A DNA stretch of 64,000 nucleotides from Octopus vulgaris. Taxonomy: Eukaryota. The notes under the pieces are model-generated. The model searched no databases, had not been told where the DNA came from, and saw only the letters and a program-made list of their open reading frames with translations. Within the stretch, counting starts at the first letter, position 1; every line of letters starts with the position of its first letter. Of the stretch, positions 14,191 to 28,151 are shown piece by piece. Location: positions 15,996,001 through 16,060,000 of the forward strand of contig OX597834.1 of assembly GCA_951406725.2 (NCBI GenBank). Reading direction: 5' to 3'. A program made the position numbers and the translations under genes.

Positions 14191-14774
14191 CACCCCCACC
14201 CCCACCCCACACACATATATATATATATGTAACACGCACACAAATATGTCTAAGTAGAGCTGAGACGAAGAGACACTTGAAAATATAGCCAGGACACAGA
14301 TGGAAATGGAACCATTCAATAGATTCCACTCAGTCTTCACATAAATCTGTCTCTGGCAGTCAAATTCTACACAAAAGCTTTGTTTCCGTATGACATCAAT
14401 TTTTGTTCTGCCATTGTATAGACAAACAACAACAACAACAACAATAAACTCCCACGGTTCCTTTTTACAATTTTTGCTGGTGGGAGGGCGGGGCAGCTTT
14501 CCACGTTGTCGCAGACTTCTGTGGACGACACCACACTGCCCGAAACAGTTTGGTGTTCAGAGAAATCTGTGACCGACAGCGAGTTTTGTCCAGCGAATTC
14601 TAAAGAAAACCATAAGAGCATTGGTGTTGTCGCTTTATTCACAATACAGCACAGAAACCAATTAACTAGGTTTGTGTGTTTGTTTTGCAAGATTCTTTAT
14701 GTGAAGTCATGTATTGAAACAGATATTGTTAAATGCTCGGGGAAGGTCGTATCTGGCCAATTAAACACACATAT

Positions 14775-15585
14775 AGGCATAGGAGTGGCTGTGTGGTAAG
14801 TAGCTTGCTAACCAGCCACACAGTTCCGGGTTCTTCTACTATAGCCCCAGGCCGACCAATGCCTTGTGAGTGGATTTGGTAGACAGAAACTGAAAGAAGC
14901 CCATCGTATATATATAGGCATAGGAGTGGCTGTGTGGTAAGTAACTTGCTAACCAACCACATGGTTCCAGGTTCAGTCCCACTGCGCGGCATCTTGGGCA
15001 AGTGTCTTCTGCTATAGCCTCGGGCCGACCAAAGCCTTGTGAGTGGATTTGGTAGACAGAAACTGAAAGAAGCCCATCATTTATATATATAGGCGTAGGA
15101 GTGGCTGTGTGGTAAGTAGCTTGCTAACCAGCCACACGGTTCCGGGTTCAGTCCCACTGCATTAAATCTTGGGCAAGCGTCTTCTGCTATAGCCCCGGGC
15201 CGACCAATGCCTTGTGAGTGGATTTGGTAGACGGAAACTGAAAGAAGCCCATCGTATATATATATAGGCATAGGAGTGGCTGTGTGGTAAGTAGCTTGCT
15301 AACCAACCACACGGTTCCGAGTTCAGTCCCACTGCGCAGCATCTTGGGCAAGTGTTTTCTACTATAGATCGGGCCGACCAAAGCCTTGTGAGTGGATTTG
15401 GTAGACGGAAACTGAAAGAAGCCTGTTGTATATGTATATATATATGTGTGTGTGTGTGTGTGTTTGTGTGTCTGTGTTTGTCCCCCTAGCATTGCTTGAC
15501 AACCAATGCTGGTGTGTTTACGTCCCCGTCACTTAGCGGTTCGGCAAAAAGAGACCGATAGAATAAGTACTGGGCTTACAAAAGG
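14775..15585 (+). mobile_element. Tandem array of four SINE A heads plus one partial tail
   Basis: GGCRTAGGAGTGGCTGTGTGGTAAGT starts near 14776, 14917, 15092 and 15267, each after a short (TA)n. Confidence 0.9.
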
Positions 15586-15952
15586 CGAGTGGCTGGATGG
15601 ACGGAAGGAGACATACAAATATGTAGACAGACAGACAGACTGATAGGCAGATGGCTGGATGGACAGAAGGACAGACAGACGGACAGACAGACTGACAAAG
15701 AGACAGGCAGTCACACACACACATGATGGATTTCTTTCTGTTGCTGTCTACCAAATCCACTTACAAGACATTGGTCAGCCTGGTGCTGTGGTAGAAGACA
15801 CTTGCACAAGGTACCACGCAGCGTGACTGAACTCACAACCAATTGGTTCAGAAGCAAACTACTTCCCACACAGCCACGCCACACACACTTCTCTGTTTAT
15901 TAACCATCGCTCAACATCTAATCCCAAAGTATTTCCTATATAACTAAAATAT

Positions 15953-16358
15953 TTACTCCTTTACTTGTTTCAGTCATTTGACTGCGGCCATGCTGGAGCA
16001 CCGCCTTTAGTCGAGCAAATCGACCCCGGGACTTATTCTTTGTAAGCCCAGTACTTATTCTATCGGTCTCTTTTGCCGAACCGCTAAGTGACGGGGGACG
16101 TAAACACACCAGCATCGGTTGTCAAGCAATGCTAGGGGGACAAACACAGACACACAAACACATACACACACACACACATACATACATACATATATGTATA
16201 CATATATACGACGGGCTTCTTTCAGTTTCCGTCTACCAAATCCACTCACAAGGCATTGGTCGGCCCGGGGCTACAGCAGAAGACACTTGCCCAAGATGCC
16301 ACGCAGTGGGACTGAACCCGAAACCGTGTGGTTGGTTAGCAAGCTACTTACCACACAA
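15953..16358 (-). mobile_element. SINE family A, near full length
   Basis: Reverse-complement match to 12540-12940. Confidence 0.9.
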
Positions 16359-16605
16359 ACAACCACGTAATAGTACAACAGACCTTGGGAGGATAATTCA
16401 CACAAAACACCTACAATTAACTGTTATCAATTAACTATTCAATAATTAATGAGTTTGGATTGTCAAAATTATTTTGGTGCACACCTGTAACCTTCTTAAT
16501 GGTTTCATTTCCCCCTACGGCAGCTGATCTTTCTTTCTTCGAATTTGTTCTTGTCATTTCATGATTGTCATGTTGTCAAACATGAGGGCTGTCTTACAGA
16601 GTGTG

Positions 16606-16648
<43 letters not shown>

Positions 16649-16819
16649 CTGGAGGTGCAATGTGTGTTAATGGTGATACATTAATTTATGTGTCTGTATG
16701 TCCATCCACGCAAAATGCGTCTCTATGGATGGATGCATATGTGTGCATATACATGAATATAGCTTGCGTGCACATGTGTGTGCATACATACAGTTTGCAT
16801 GGGTATGTATATGGTATGT

Positions 16820-17420
16820 GTGCATCTGTATGGCTTTCATGTGTGTGCATGTATATGGCTTTTGTGCATGTGGTGTGTGTGTGTGTGTGAATATATATAG
16901 AATTTGTAAATGTGGTGTGTGTGTGCATGTACATACCATTTGTCCATGTGGTGTTTGTGCATGTATATGGCTTTCGTACATGTGGTGCATGTGCGCATAT
17001 AAATGGCTCTTGTACATGTGGTGTGTGCATGCATGTATATGGCTCTTGTACATGTGGTGTGTGCATGCATGTATATGGCTTTTGTCCATGTGGTGTGTAT
17101 GCATGTATATGGCTTTCGGTCATGTGGTGTGTGTGTGCATATATATGGCTTTTGTACATGTCATGTGTGTGTGCATATATATGGCTTTTCTACATGTAGT
17201 GTGTATGCATGTATATGGCTTTTCTACATGTAGTGTGTATGCATGTATATGGCTTTCGGTCATGTGGTGTGTGTGTGCATATATATGGCTTTTGTACATG
17301 TGGTGTGTGCATGCATGTATATGTCTTTTCTACATGTAGTGTGTATGCATGTATATGGCTTTCGTGCATGTGGTGTGTGTATGTGTGCATATATATGGCT
17401 TTTGTGCATGTGGTGTGTGT
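16820..17420. repeat. Minisatellite, about 35-40-bp unit (GCATGTATATGGCTTTTGTACATGTGGTGTGT)
   Basis: More than a dozen tandem copies are visible. Confidence 0.9.
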
Positions 17421-18409
17421 GTGTATGTGTGTGCATGTATGTGGCTTGCATGCATGTGAATGTGTGTACATGTGCATAGTTTAAGTGTGTGTACGTGTAT
17501 CCTTTGTGGTTTGGGTACATGAGCATAGCTTATGTGTGTATAACATTCATGGTTTTTTTCTGTGTATGTACAGATTGTACATGTGTGTGAATACATGTGC
17601 ATGATGTGTTTGTCCATGATGTTGGCTTGGATTTCATTTTGTCATCATTTGCCATACTTTAATGGTTGTTGTTATTGTTGTGGTGGCAGTGGTGGTAGTG
17701 GTACTTGTTGTTGCACAATTAGTTCTTTCAACTGAAGGAGTGTGTGGGCCCAGAATCCACTTTTAGCGTTTATATTTCTTTAGAGACTTGTCCATCACTA
17801 CACACACACACACACACATATATACAGCCACAGACCAAATACTAACTTATACATGTACACACACACACAAAACACACAATGTTCACATGCTGACAGCAAC
17901 AAAGCAACATTAGACAATAGAAGCTATGACAAACAAGCACACACACACATATATATTGAGGGTTACTACCATAAACATACATACAAAGCAACAAGCACAC
18001 ACACACACACACACACAAGCAAACAGAAACACGTGCTCATGTATGTATGTGTGTGTGTGTATAAATATATACATATATACATACACACATATATACATAC
18101 ACACATATATACACACACAAAACAATTAAATATATATATATATATATATATACATACACACATATATAGAGAAAGAGAGAGAGAGAGATATGAGGATGAG
18201 CACACACACACACAATTCTGTAAATATGTATGTATATACATATAAATATGAAAGAAGTTAAAGACTAGTATATACATTCAGACTCATGCAAACATTGTGT
18301 TAGAGAGAAAGAGAGAGAGAGAGAGAGAGTGTGTGTGTATGTGTGTGTGTGTGCATGTTTGTGTGTAAATATGAACACAAACACAAAATATAAAACATAT
18401 ATACACACA

Positions 18410-18441
<32 letters not shown>

Positions 18442-18512
18442 GACATGTGTGAAATAAATTGCCCAGGCCAAGAACATTGGAAAAAAAAAAAAAAGACAGA
18501 AAATTAAAAACA

Positions 18513-18546
<34 letters not shown>

Positions 18547-18801
18547 ATATTTGAAAAAAATCTTAAAACAAAAACATAAAAAACGGCAAACAAAACGAAA
18601 TAAAATAAAGCGAAAAATGTTGTGAATATTTATTTGGGTATGAATAAGTTAATTTGTGTCGTTCTCCATTGATAATCGTTGGAATCAATAGCTGCCATCA
18701 TTGCCAACAAAGGAATCGTTTAAAATTGAAGATTATCTCGCAGACAAATCATGCAGGAGGACGAGATTGGTGAGGAAAAGACATCTCCAACATCCATATA
18801 T

Positions 18802-18899
<98 letters not shown>

Positions 18900-18935
18900 C
18901 ATATATATATACATACATATATATATACATACATA

Positions 18936-18969
<34 letters not shown>

Positions 18970-19028
18970 CATATATATATACATACATATATATATATAC
19001 ATATATATACATATATATATATACATAC

Positions 19029-19127
<99 letters not shown>

Positions 19128-19148
19128 CATACATATATATATAGATAC

Positions 19149-19179
<31 letters not shown>

Positions 19180-19493
19180 AAAGTAAATAAATGGGACAAC
19201 AAAGCACCGATATCTACTCTCGTATTGCATTACTATTTTCATATAACCCATGCTAGCATGGAAAGCGGACGTTAAAAGATGATGATGATGATGATGATGA
19301 TGATGATATATATATATATGTATATATATATGTATATATATGTATATATATATGATAGATAGATATTTGAGGTAACACATAATCACGAAAAATAAAATTC
19401 TGATCAAATTTTGAGGTGATGGGTGGAGAGGGCGATAGTTAATTATATTAATCTCAGTACTTGGTTGGTACTTTAGTTATCAACCCCTGAAGG

Positions 19494-19496
<3 letters not shown>

Positions 19497-19526
<30 letters not shown>

Positions 19527-19820
19527 AATTATTGTATACAGTACTCAGGTGCACCACAACTTGTCAGAAAGTGCGTATAGAGTACATGCAGTAATGTACA
19601 AATGTCTGGAAAGCGAACAATGTATGAGTCAGATACATGCTTGCGTGTGTATGGAGGGGAGAAAATCAGGTGTAGTGTTGGCAAATCTCAGGAAGCATGG
19701 AAGTTTTGAAGGATGCAGTGCTCCGACAACTAACAACTGATGCTGGCAGTCTGTTCCATGCTTCAGTAACTTTTAGCGTGGAAAAATGTTTCCGAAAGTC
19801 GTGGGAGCTGTGCTGTTTAA
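19497..19820 (-). mobile_element. CR1-group LINE 3' end with (ATT)n tail
   Basis: Minus strand translates KQHSSHDFRKHFSTLKVTEAWNRLPASVVSCRSTASFKTSM, matching the CR1-type ORF2 C-terminal pattern (RxxFF..RV...WNxLP..VV...S...FK). Confidence 0.8.
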
Positions 19821-20064
19821 GCGAAGTTGGCCTCAGCCGGATTTGAACTCTGAATGGGAAGAGCCAGAAGATACATCACTAAGCATTTTTTCTGATGTGC
19901 TCACCGTGATGGGTCTCTCCCGTCAAAGACGATGCATGAGTGGTGTTCACCCTCAGCTGAACGACCTTCACACATGATTTTGTTTGTAGTAATCAAATCT
20001 ATGTGCTGTACACTAGCTCACACCTGCCAACAAATGAATGTTTTTTGTAAATTTGAACTACATA

Positions 20065-20543
20065 TCTATATATATAAAACTCAACTTGTGTGTCTGTGTG
20101 TTTAACTTCCCGGCACATCTCCTCCTAGCCAACAAATCGTAGAACCACCAAAAATGGGTCACTTAAAGTTTAGGCGAATGAAAATTGAACTGCACTATTT
20201 CTGTTCCGAAATTCATCTTGCAAGTGCAAAAATTGATAATATGTTTGTTTAGGCCTTATCCCATGCATTGAATAGTGAACTTTACTCAGCTGTTTGACGT
20301 GAACTGTGTTCACCACGCATGCAAACATGCGTAAATTGCATGAAAAATAAAAAATCAAGATATAAAAACGAATCGCCGTAAACATTGTAGAAATTCGGCA
20401 AAGAAATTAATTTTCGGGATGTAGCCTGGAGGGTTTTTTCATATTAATTGTTTGGACTTTGTGAACACATACCAATTGTTTTCATAACATTTTTAACACT
20501 GAATTAAATGTGATCATTTTGCAAAGCCAGGCAATACTGCTAG
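20065..20543 (+). mobile_element. Non-autonomous Helitron
   Basis: A|TCTATATATATAAAA...GGCAATACTGCTAG|T: TC/CTAG termini in an AT target site. The termini resemble 39671-40070. Confidence 0.75.
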
Positions 20544-21108
20544 TATATATATATATATATATAATCTTTCTCCATTTTCTGATTATTTGTAGCGCCACCT
20601 TGACTAGCTCCCATGCCGGTGGCACGTAAAAAGCACCAACCAATCGTGGCCGTTGTCAATCACCCCTGGTACCTGTGTCGGTGGCACATAAAAAGCACCC
20701 ACTACACTCACGGAGTGGTTGGTGTTAGGAAGGGCATCCAGCTGTAGAAACACTACCAGATCAGACTGGCGCCTGGTGCAGCCTCCTGGCTTCCCAGACC
20801 CCAGTCGAACTGTCCAACCCATGCTAGCATGGAAAACGGACATTAATGAATGATGATGAAATATATTTATACACACAAATATATATAAAGTAATGATTTT
20901 AAAACATGCGTGCACACGCGCACACACACACATATACATACACACATAATAAACATGCCAATATTTTCTAAGTATTCCAAACGTATTTATGTCTTGTAAT
21001 TTTAATTTTGTTTGTCAAATGAAATAATTGTAGGTGAATATATCAATTAATTAATAAATTTGTTTCCATTAGATCTCTCTGTTTTCTAACTCAATAATAA
21101 TGTGTGTG

Positions 21109-21166
<58 letters not shown>

Positions 21167-21229
21167 CATATGTGTGCATGTGTATGTGTGTGTGCATATA
21201 TATGTGTGTGTGTGTGTGCATATATATTC

Positions 21230-21460
21230 TCCATGCAGAGTTTGACTATCTCCTGCACCAACACCTTAGAACCATCATGGTATCTGATGTTGCTTTTTAA
21301 ACCAGACAATATTTTGCAAAGACACCCCAAATAGATTACATATCCAATTTGGACCACCAAGGGCTGCAGTTAAGCTCCGATCTTCGTGGATCTTAAAATG
21401 TCTTTCGTGGCTTCCATTAGATTTGCAGACCTTCAGGCATACGTTGCACATTGAAAGGAG
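21230..21460 (-). mobile_element. Degenerate C2H2 zinc-finger segment, probably an RTE-type LINE ORF C-terminus
   Basis: Minus strand reads CNVCLKVCKSNGSHERHFKIH (C-x2-C-x12-H-x3-H), then a frameshifted second finger ...LCKILSGLKSNIRYH. No TGEKP linker. Confidence 0.55.
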
Positions 21461-21494
21461 TACACAGACATATAGGCAAAATATATATATATAT

Positions 21495-21652
21495 GGTAAG
21501 TAGCTTGCTTACCAGCCACATGGTTCCGAGTTCAGTCCCACTGCGTGGCACCTTGGGCAAGTGCTTTCTACTATAGTCTCAGACCAACCAAAGCCTTGTG
21601 AGTGGATTTGGTAAACGGAAACTGAAAGAAGCCTGTCACATATATCTATATC

Positions 21653-21687
<35 letters not shown>

Positions 21688-21910
21688 GAGTGTATATGTT
21701 TGTGTGTCTGTGTTTGTCCCCCACAACATTGCTTCACAACCGATGCTGGTGTGTTTACGTCCCTGTAACTTAGCAGTTCGGCAAAAGAGACAGATAGAAT
21801 AAGTACTAGGCTTACAAAGAATAAATCCTGGGGTCGATTTGCTCAACTAAAGGTGATGCTCCAGCATGTCCGCAGTCAAATGACTGAAACAAGTAAAAGA
21901 GTAAAAGAAT
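21495..21910 (+). mobile_element. SINE family A
   Basis: Head, microsatellite and tail match the family. Confidence 0.9.
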
Positions 21911-21927
21911 ATATATATATGTGTGTA

Positions 21928-22240
21928 TATCACGTGATCACGTGACCAACCAGGCTATCAGATGTTGTTACACATCACTGGTCACATTGCGCTTTGCATT
22001 GTTTTAGCCTTCAAATGACACCACCCCCTGGCTAAGCGAGCAGGCCAACAGAAGAAAGAGTGAGAGAAAGTTGTGGCGAAAGAGTACAGCAGGGATCGCC
22101 ACCACCCCCTGCCGGATCCTCGTGGAGCTTTTTAGGTGTATTCGCTCAATGAACATTCACAACGCCCAGTCTGGAAATCGAAACCACGATCCTACAACCG
22201 CAAGTCCGCTGCCCTAACCACTGGGCCATTACGCCTCCAC
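21928..22240 (-). mobile_element. tRNA-derived SINE family E
   Basis: Minus-strand head GTGGAGGCGTAATGGCCCAGTGGTTAGGGCAGCGGAC...GGTTTCGATTTCC. Copies at 46096-46400 and, partially, 34500-34640. Confidence 0.85.
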
Positions 22241-24283
22241 ATATGTGTATATATACGTATATATATATATGGCGTTAGGAAGGGCATCCAGCTGTAGAAA
22301 CACTGCCAGATCAGACTGGAGCCTGGTGCAGCCCCTGGCTTCCCAGACCCCGGTCGAACCGTCCAACCCGTGCTAGCGCGGAAAACGGACGTTAAACGAT
22401 GATTATATATATATATATATATATATATCATCATCATCATCATCATCATATATATATATATGTGTGTATATATATACATACACACACAACAGGCTTCTTT
22501 CAGTTTCCATCTACCAAATTTAGACACAATGCTTTGATCGTAGGGATGAGTGGGTAGTCAAATCAGTCAATGGATAAAAGCCCCCAACACACATTTTGGA
22601 GCAGGAAGCTGATTATAGTTATACTGCTTTGTCCAGGGTTCAAACTTAGTGGGATCCTTTGCTGAATACAACGTCAGTCAGTCATTTTAGGAAGGACAAA
22701 TCCAACACTACAGTGTGGTAGAGACGAGGGGGGGAGGGGCTACCGCTATTGTTTCCGCCGTTGTCGTTATTGTTGTTGATGTTGTCGTCAATGATGTTGT
22801 CGTTGTTGTTGTTTGTAGAAACTACTCTGAAAGTTTTGTTGTGTTTACCGATTGAAACAAGTGAACTGCGAAAGTCATTCAACTGAAATGGAGAAGCTAC
22901 CGAAAAATGTTGGTATCATATTAATTGTGATATATATCTTATAGGTATATATTTGTGCGTACACACGTGTGTAGCTCTGTGTGTGTGTGCAGGTATGCAT
23001 GTATGTGTGTGCAGGTATGCATGTATGTGTGTGCAGGTATGCATGTATGTGTGTGCATACACATTCATATTCTTTACACAATAATACTTATATATGCACA
23101 CACCCAGATCTAATGAATATATATATACATACACACACATATATCACTTACGCATATACTCTCATCTCTCTCTCTCTCTCTGTATATATATATATATATA
23201 TATATATCATCATCATCATCAATGTTCCAGTTAAGGTGTATATATATATATATATGTATGTATACACACACACACACATGCATCTATATATTAGACACAA
23301 AAATCTATCAATATTTATATAATACAGAATTAGTACAAGAGATATACATACATATGGATACATACATGTGTATGCAATACATAACATACATAATATAAAT
23401 GTAATATATTTATACACATACTGTATATTATGTGTGTGTATACACAAACACATATAGATTATATATGTGTTTAAGTGTTCAGTCCACAACAGTGTCTCCT
23501 ATGGCCTCATGTCAGCCAGTGCCATGTGAGTGAATTTAATAGGTGGAAATAGTACTGAAGCCCATCATATGCATATATGTATGCATACATACACACACAC
23601 ATATACATACACACACATGTATGTCATGTACATATGTGCATGTTTTCCCCCGTCACCACCACTTGGCAACTGGTGTCGGTTTGTTTACATCTCCCATAAC
23701 TCAGCAGTTTGGCAAAAGGACTCAATTGAATAAGCACCAGACTTTAAAAAGAGAAATAAGTGCTGGGGTTGATTTGTTCAACCAAGACCCGTTTGATTTG
23801 TTACTTCCAAAGGGCCGGACTGCAAGGGTCAGAAGTGACAAACAGCAGTAACAACAACAACAACAATGGCAGAAATTTGAGTTTTGCATTTTTCTTCTTT
23901 TTCTCCTTCTTTGATTCTTTGCTTCTCCTTCTCCTTCTTCATCTTCTTTGCTTCTTCTCTTTCTTTGATTCTCCTTCTCCTTTGATTCTTCTTCTCTTTC
24001 TTTGATTCTCCTTCTCCTTTGATTCTTCTTCTACTTCTTTGATTCTTCTTCTCCTTCTTCATCTTCTTTGCTTCTTCTTCTTCTTCTTCTCCTCCTCCTC
24101 CTCCTTTTCCTTCACCTTCTTCTCTTTCTTCGTCATCATCATCGTCGTCGTCATTATCATGACGTAACATGTACTTTTTCCCACTAACATGGATCAGACA
24201 GAATTTCATTAAGGCAGATTTTCTCTGGCTGGATGCCCTTCCTGCTGCAAATCCTCACCTGTTTCCAAGCAAGCAAGCTTATA

Positions 24284-24860
24284 TCAGGTTGGTGCAAGGG
24301 TAATAGCCAGTCACTTTAGAAAACAGTTTTAGATGGTATTTATTAAAATTGTGCTTCTTGCAATATTTCTAAGAATGACACAATGAGTAATTTATACATT
24401 TTTCTTTCAGATTCGATTGTATTGGCCATAATCTTCTGCTGTATTCGCACCCATGTTCATCCCATCTAAAGATCACATTTGACATGTCTTACTCTGAGAT
24501 TCATAAAGGTGTCAATGCAAGCACAGCAGCAAAGTCTCTTCAGAGAGTTTATGGGGATGATGTAGTGAGTGGAAGAAGTTGCAGGAGATGGTTTTCTCGC
24601 TTCAGAAGTGGGGATTTGAGTTTGAAAAACGAACCAAAAGAAATTCATTCAAAACAACTTCGTACCAAAAAGTTAGAAGCTGTTGTCGCAGAAAATCCAA
24701 TCACTACTTGCAGAGAACTTGCAGAACAGTTTAACGTAGCCCATACAAATATTCTACTTCTACACCAACTAAAAAGGGTTGGAAAGGTTTCAGTGGTTTG
24801 AAAATGGGTCCCGTATGTACTGTCTCCAGAGAATCTGTAACAGCGTGTTGTTTGTTGTCA
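24284..24860 (+). mobile_element. Mariner transposon 5' fragment (TIR plus N-terminal HTH transposase pseudogene)
   Basis: TA|TCAGGTTGGTGCAAGGGTAAT resembles the Hsmar1-type TIR. ORF 24484-24801 reads KGVNASTAAKSLQRVYGDDVVSGRSCRRWFSRFRSGDLSLKNEP...TTCRELAEQFNV, and the WVPYVL motif (cf. WVPHEL) follows an in-frame stop. Confidence 0.9.
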
Positions 24861-25992
24861 GTCATTATCATCATTATCATCGTTTAACATCCAGCTTCCA
24901 TGGATCATTATTATCATCGTTTAACATCCAGCTTCCATGCAGGCCTGGCTTGGACAGTTTGACAGGAGCCAGCCAGGTAGAAAACTACACCAGGATACTG
25001 TGTCTGTTCTGGTATGCTTTTTACGGCTGGATGCTGTTCCTAACACCAACCACCCCACAAAGTGGACTGTGTGCTTTTTGCATGGCACCAGCACAAGCAA
25101 GGTCACTTTTGACATGGTTTTTACAGCTGGATGCCCTTCCTAACACCAACCACCCCACAGAGTGGACTGTGTGCTTTTTACATGGCACCAGCACAGCGAG
25201 GTCACTTTTGACATGGCTTTTACAGCTGGATGCCCTTCCTAACATCAAGCACCCCAGAGAGTGGACAAGAAAAAAAGTAAGGCAGGGCACACACTGACCC
25301 CTTTCCCCGAAAGAGGGAGTTAGTTTTTACAGCCTTGATCCACACAAGAAAAAGTGTAACAGAGAAGGAATGGGAATTCCTTGATTATAGCAACAGCCAT
25401 CCACAAACTTTGAAATGCAGCCAGGAACAAGAGCGATTGAGGAAGCTGCTATCAAAGCAGCAACAGACACCTTAAGTTCTTTGGTTATTTTTCCAGGAGA
25501 TTGAATGAGTTATTCAGGAAAGGAAATGGGAAGCATTGAAGTGTAAAGGTAAATGTGAAGGAAGTGGGGGGAGTGGGGGGGATGCAGAGTAAAAGGTGCG
25601 ATCGACGCAAAACCAGAATCATACACACATACACGCATGTAGATGTGTATACACAAATACATAGAGGGAGATGGATACACAGACAGAGAGAAAAGAGAGT
25701 CAGGGGAGAGAAAATTAAGAAACAACAATTAGTGCAGCATATATGAAACTGTGTACAGGTGTGTATATACATAAATATGTGGGGTGGTGCATACTATGTT
25801 AATGATAGAGGACCTGTTGTGTTTACAGAAGGAAGATGTGATGTGTATGGGTTCTTGTCCCACAGGCAGCCTTCAATGTTTTTTTCCATCCTAAGGGTTT
25901 TTTAACCAAATATTTACACACTACTATTTATAGCCTTATCTACTTCGAGTTCTCTCATTAAAAATCTTAAATATATATATATATATATGATG

Positions 25993-26037
<45 letters not shown>

Positions 26038-26046
26038 AGATGGCCA

Positions 26047-26107
26047 GATAACTGAAGGGATGGTGTTGTGGATTTCCACCTCGGCATCCGAAACTCAGAG
26101 TTTTATC
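26047..26107 (+). ncRNA. Hammerhead ribozyme-like motif (degenerate core)
   Basis: GATAA-CTGAAGG-GATG...CATCC-GAAA-CTCAGAG-TT-TTATC; paralog at 40469-40529. Confidence 0.5.
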
Positions 26108-26209
26108 TTGGCTATTGAATAATTGTCACATATTATTTTACAGATAAATTTCCTCTATTTACATAATATTGAGGTCTCTTTCTTTCTTTTGTTGATCCTA
26201 CCGTTTTTA

Positions 26210-26260
<51 letters not shown>

Positions 26261-26472
26261 TTACATACGCATATATACATATACACATACATACATATAA
26301 TACAAACAAACTCACATAAGAGCACATAAATACAGATGCACACATATGCACCATGCAAATGAGAACCTGCATGATAGTAAAACATGGGCACAGAATGTGG
26401 GGGACATTTGAAGGTTGGAGAGGGACAAGGCAAGCATGCAGTGCTGGATGTGTAATGGCATGTTATGTTAGT

Positions 26473-26691
26473 ACTCTTTACTCTTTTACTTGTTTCAGTC
26501 ATTTGACTGCGGCCATGCTGGAGCACCACCTTTAATCGAGCAACTCGACCCCAGGACTTATTGTTTTGTAAGCCCAGTACTTATTCTATCAGTCTCTTTT
26601 GCCGAACCGCTAAGTAACGGGGACATAAACACACCAGCATCGGTTGTCACGCAATGCTAGGGGGACAAACACAGACACACAAACACACACA

Positions 26692-26733
<42 letters not shown>

Positions 26734-26997
26734 TACGACGGGCTTCTTTCAGTTTCCGTCTACCAAATCCACTCATAAGGCTTTGGTCGGCTTTGGTCGG
26801 CCCGAGGCTATATTAGAAGACACTTGCCCGAGGCTATAGTAGAAGACACTTGCCCGAGGCTATAGTAGAAGACACTTGCCCGAGGCTATAGTAGAAGACA
26901 CTTGCCCGAGGCTATAGTAGAAGACACTTGCAGTGGGACTGAACCCGGAACCATGTGGTTGGTAAACAAGGTACTTACCACACAGCCACTCCTGCGC
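26473..26997 (-). mobile_element. SINE family A with an internal 26-bp tandem amplification
   Basis: CCCGAGGCTATAGTAGAAGACACTTG is repeated five times at 26801-26930. Confidence 0.9.
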
Positions 26998-27089
26998 GTA
27001 GTAGTTTACATGAGACAACAGAACACAAATGAGATGAAAGAAAAAAAAGAAAATACTTGGATATTACAGCAAATGTATGCAGTGTGCAA

Positions 27090-27325
27090 GAGAGGAAGAA
27101 GAATGAGCTGGCAGGGAAGATGTGATGCAAATGGAAGATGACAGGTCGTAAAAGAAGTACCAAGGAATTGAAGTGGAAGAGTAAGGCCAGGGAAGGCTGA
27201 TCAAAGGATGCTGAATATTATGAAATAGATGAGGGAGGACTGCAAACGAGAGGTGTTGCGCTGGAGAAGATCCATCTGCTGCATGCAAAAATGGGAAAAT
27301 GTACACGATGATGATGATGATGAAA
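27090..27325 (+). mobile_element. Degraded RTE-clade LINE 3' end with (GAT)n tail
   Basis: Frameshifted translation SWQG..MQMEDDR...GQGRL..W resembles the RTE C-terminal WxGHVxRMxxxR...RGRP pattern. It ends in GATGATGATGATG. Confidence 0.55.
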
Positions 27326-27472
27326 ATGATACACATACACATAAAAAACATCTTTATATGTAGATATACACATAGACATACATGTTTCAATAATATTTCA
27401 TTTCAAAATGGATCCAATCTTTTCTCATGTATCATTTAGCTTACCAGACTAGGTGTTTGTCAGCCATTACTC

Positions 27473-27508
<36 letters not shown>

Positions 27509-28151
27509 ACCCCCCTCTTTCCCTTTCCCACTTTCTCAGTTAATTTATCAAATCTACTTCTTTACGTAATAGTTTTTTTTCACTCTCTTCCATCTCACTC
27601 AGTAGAGTCACTGCTTTCTCTTTCCAAAGACACAACCGAAGAAATAAGTACACAAAAAAAGACATGACTTAGCATTTTACATTTACACACACACACTCTC
27701 TCTCTCTCTCTCTCTCACTTCTTTCTTTTACTAGTTTCACTCAGTAGTCAATGCAAAATGCTAGTGGAGAAGGACAATATTAACGATGAAGAATGGATGT
27801 CAATGGAAGTGGTTCTAAGTACTAGAAGAGATAACTGATAAAATGAGAAAGACTGAGTCAAATAGGTTTTTCTGCTCCCAAGGTAAATGATGAAGGAATT
27901 AGTGAGAGAGGTGAAGGGTGGAGAGGAAGGCATTACAGGAGCAAAGTGACCAAGGAGATACATATACACATACATACATATATACATACAAACATACACA
28001 TATACATATATAGTAAGAGGAGGGATATAATATCCAGGCAGATGTCAAATTTCTCAGAGTAAAATGCCAAGGCTGTGGTTCCTTCCAATGGTGCATTTTT
28101 TGGTAAAATACCTTCAGCTCTCACCCGATGTTCCAGTGTAAAGAAAAATAG

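Noticed and set aside
18692-18769. Possible 78-nt exon [26 protein letters not shown] ending at GTGAGG
   Set aside because: Weak acceptor and no recognisable homology.
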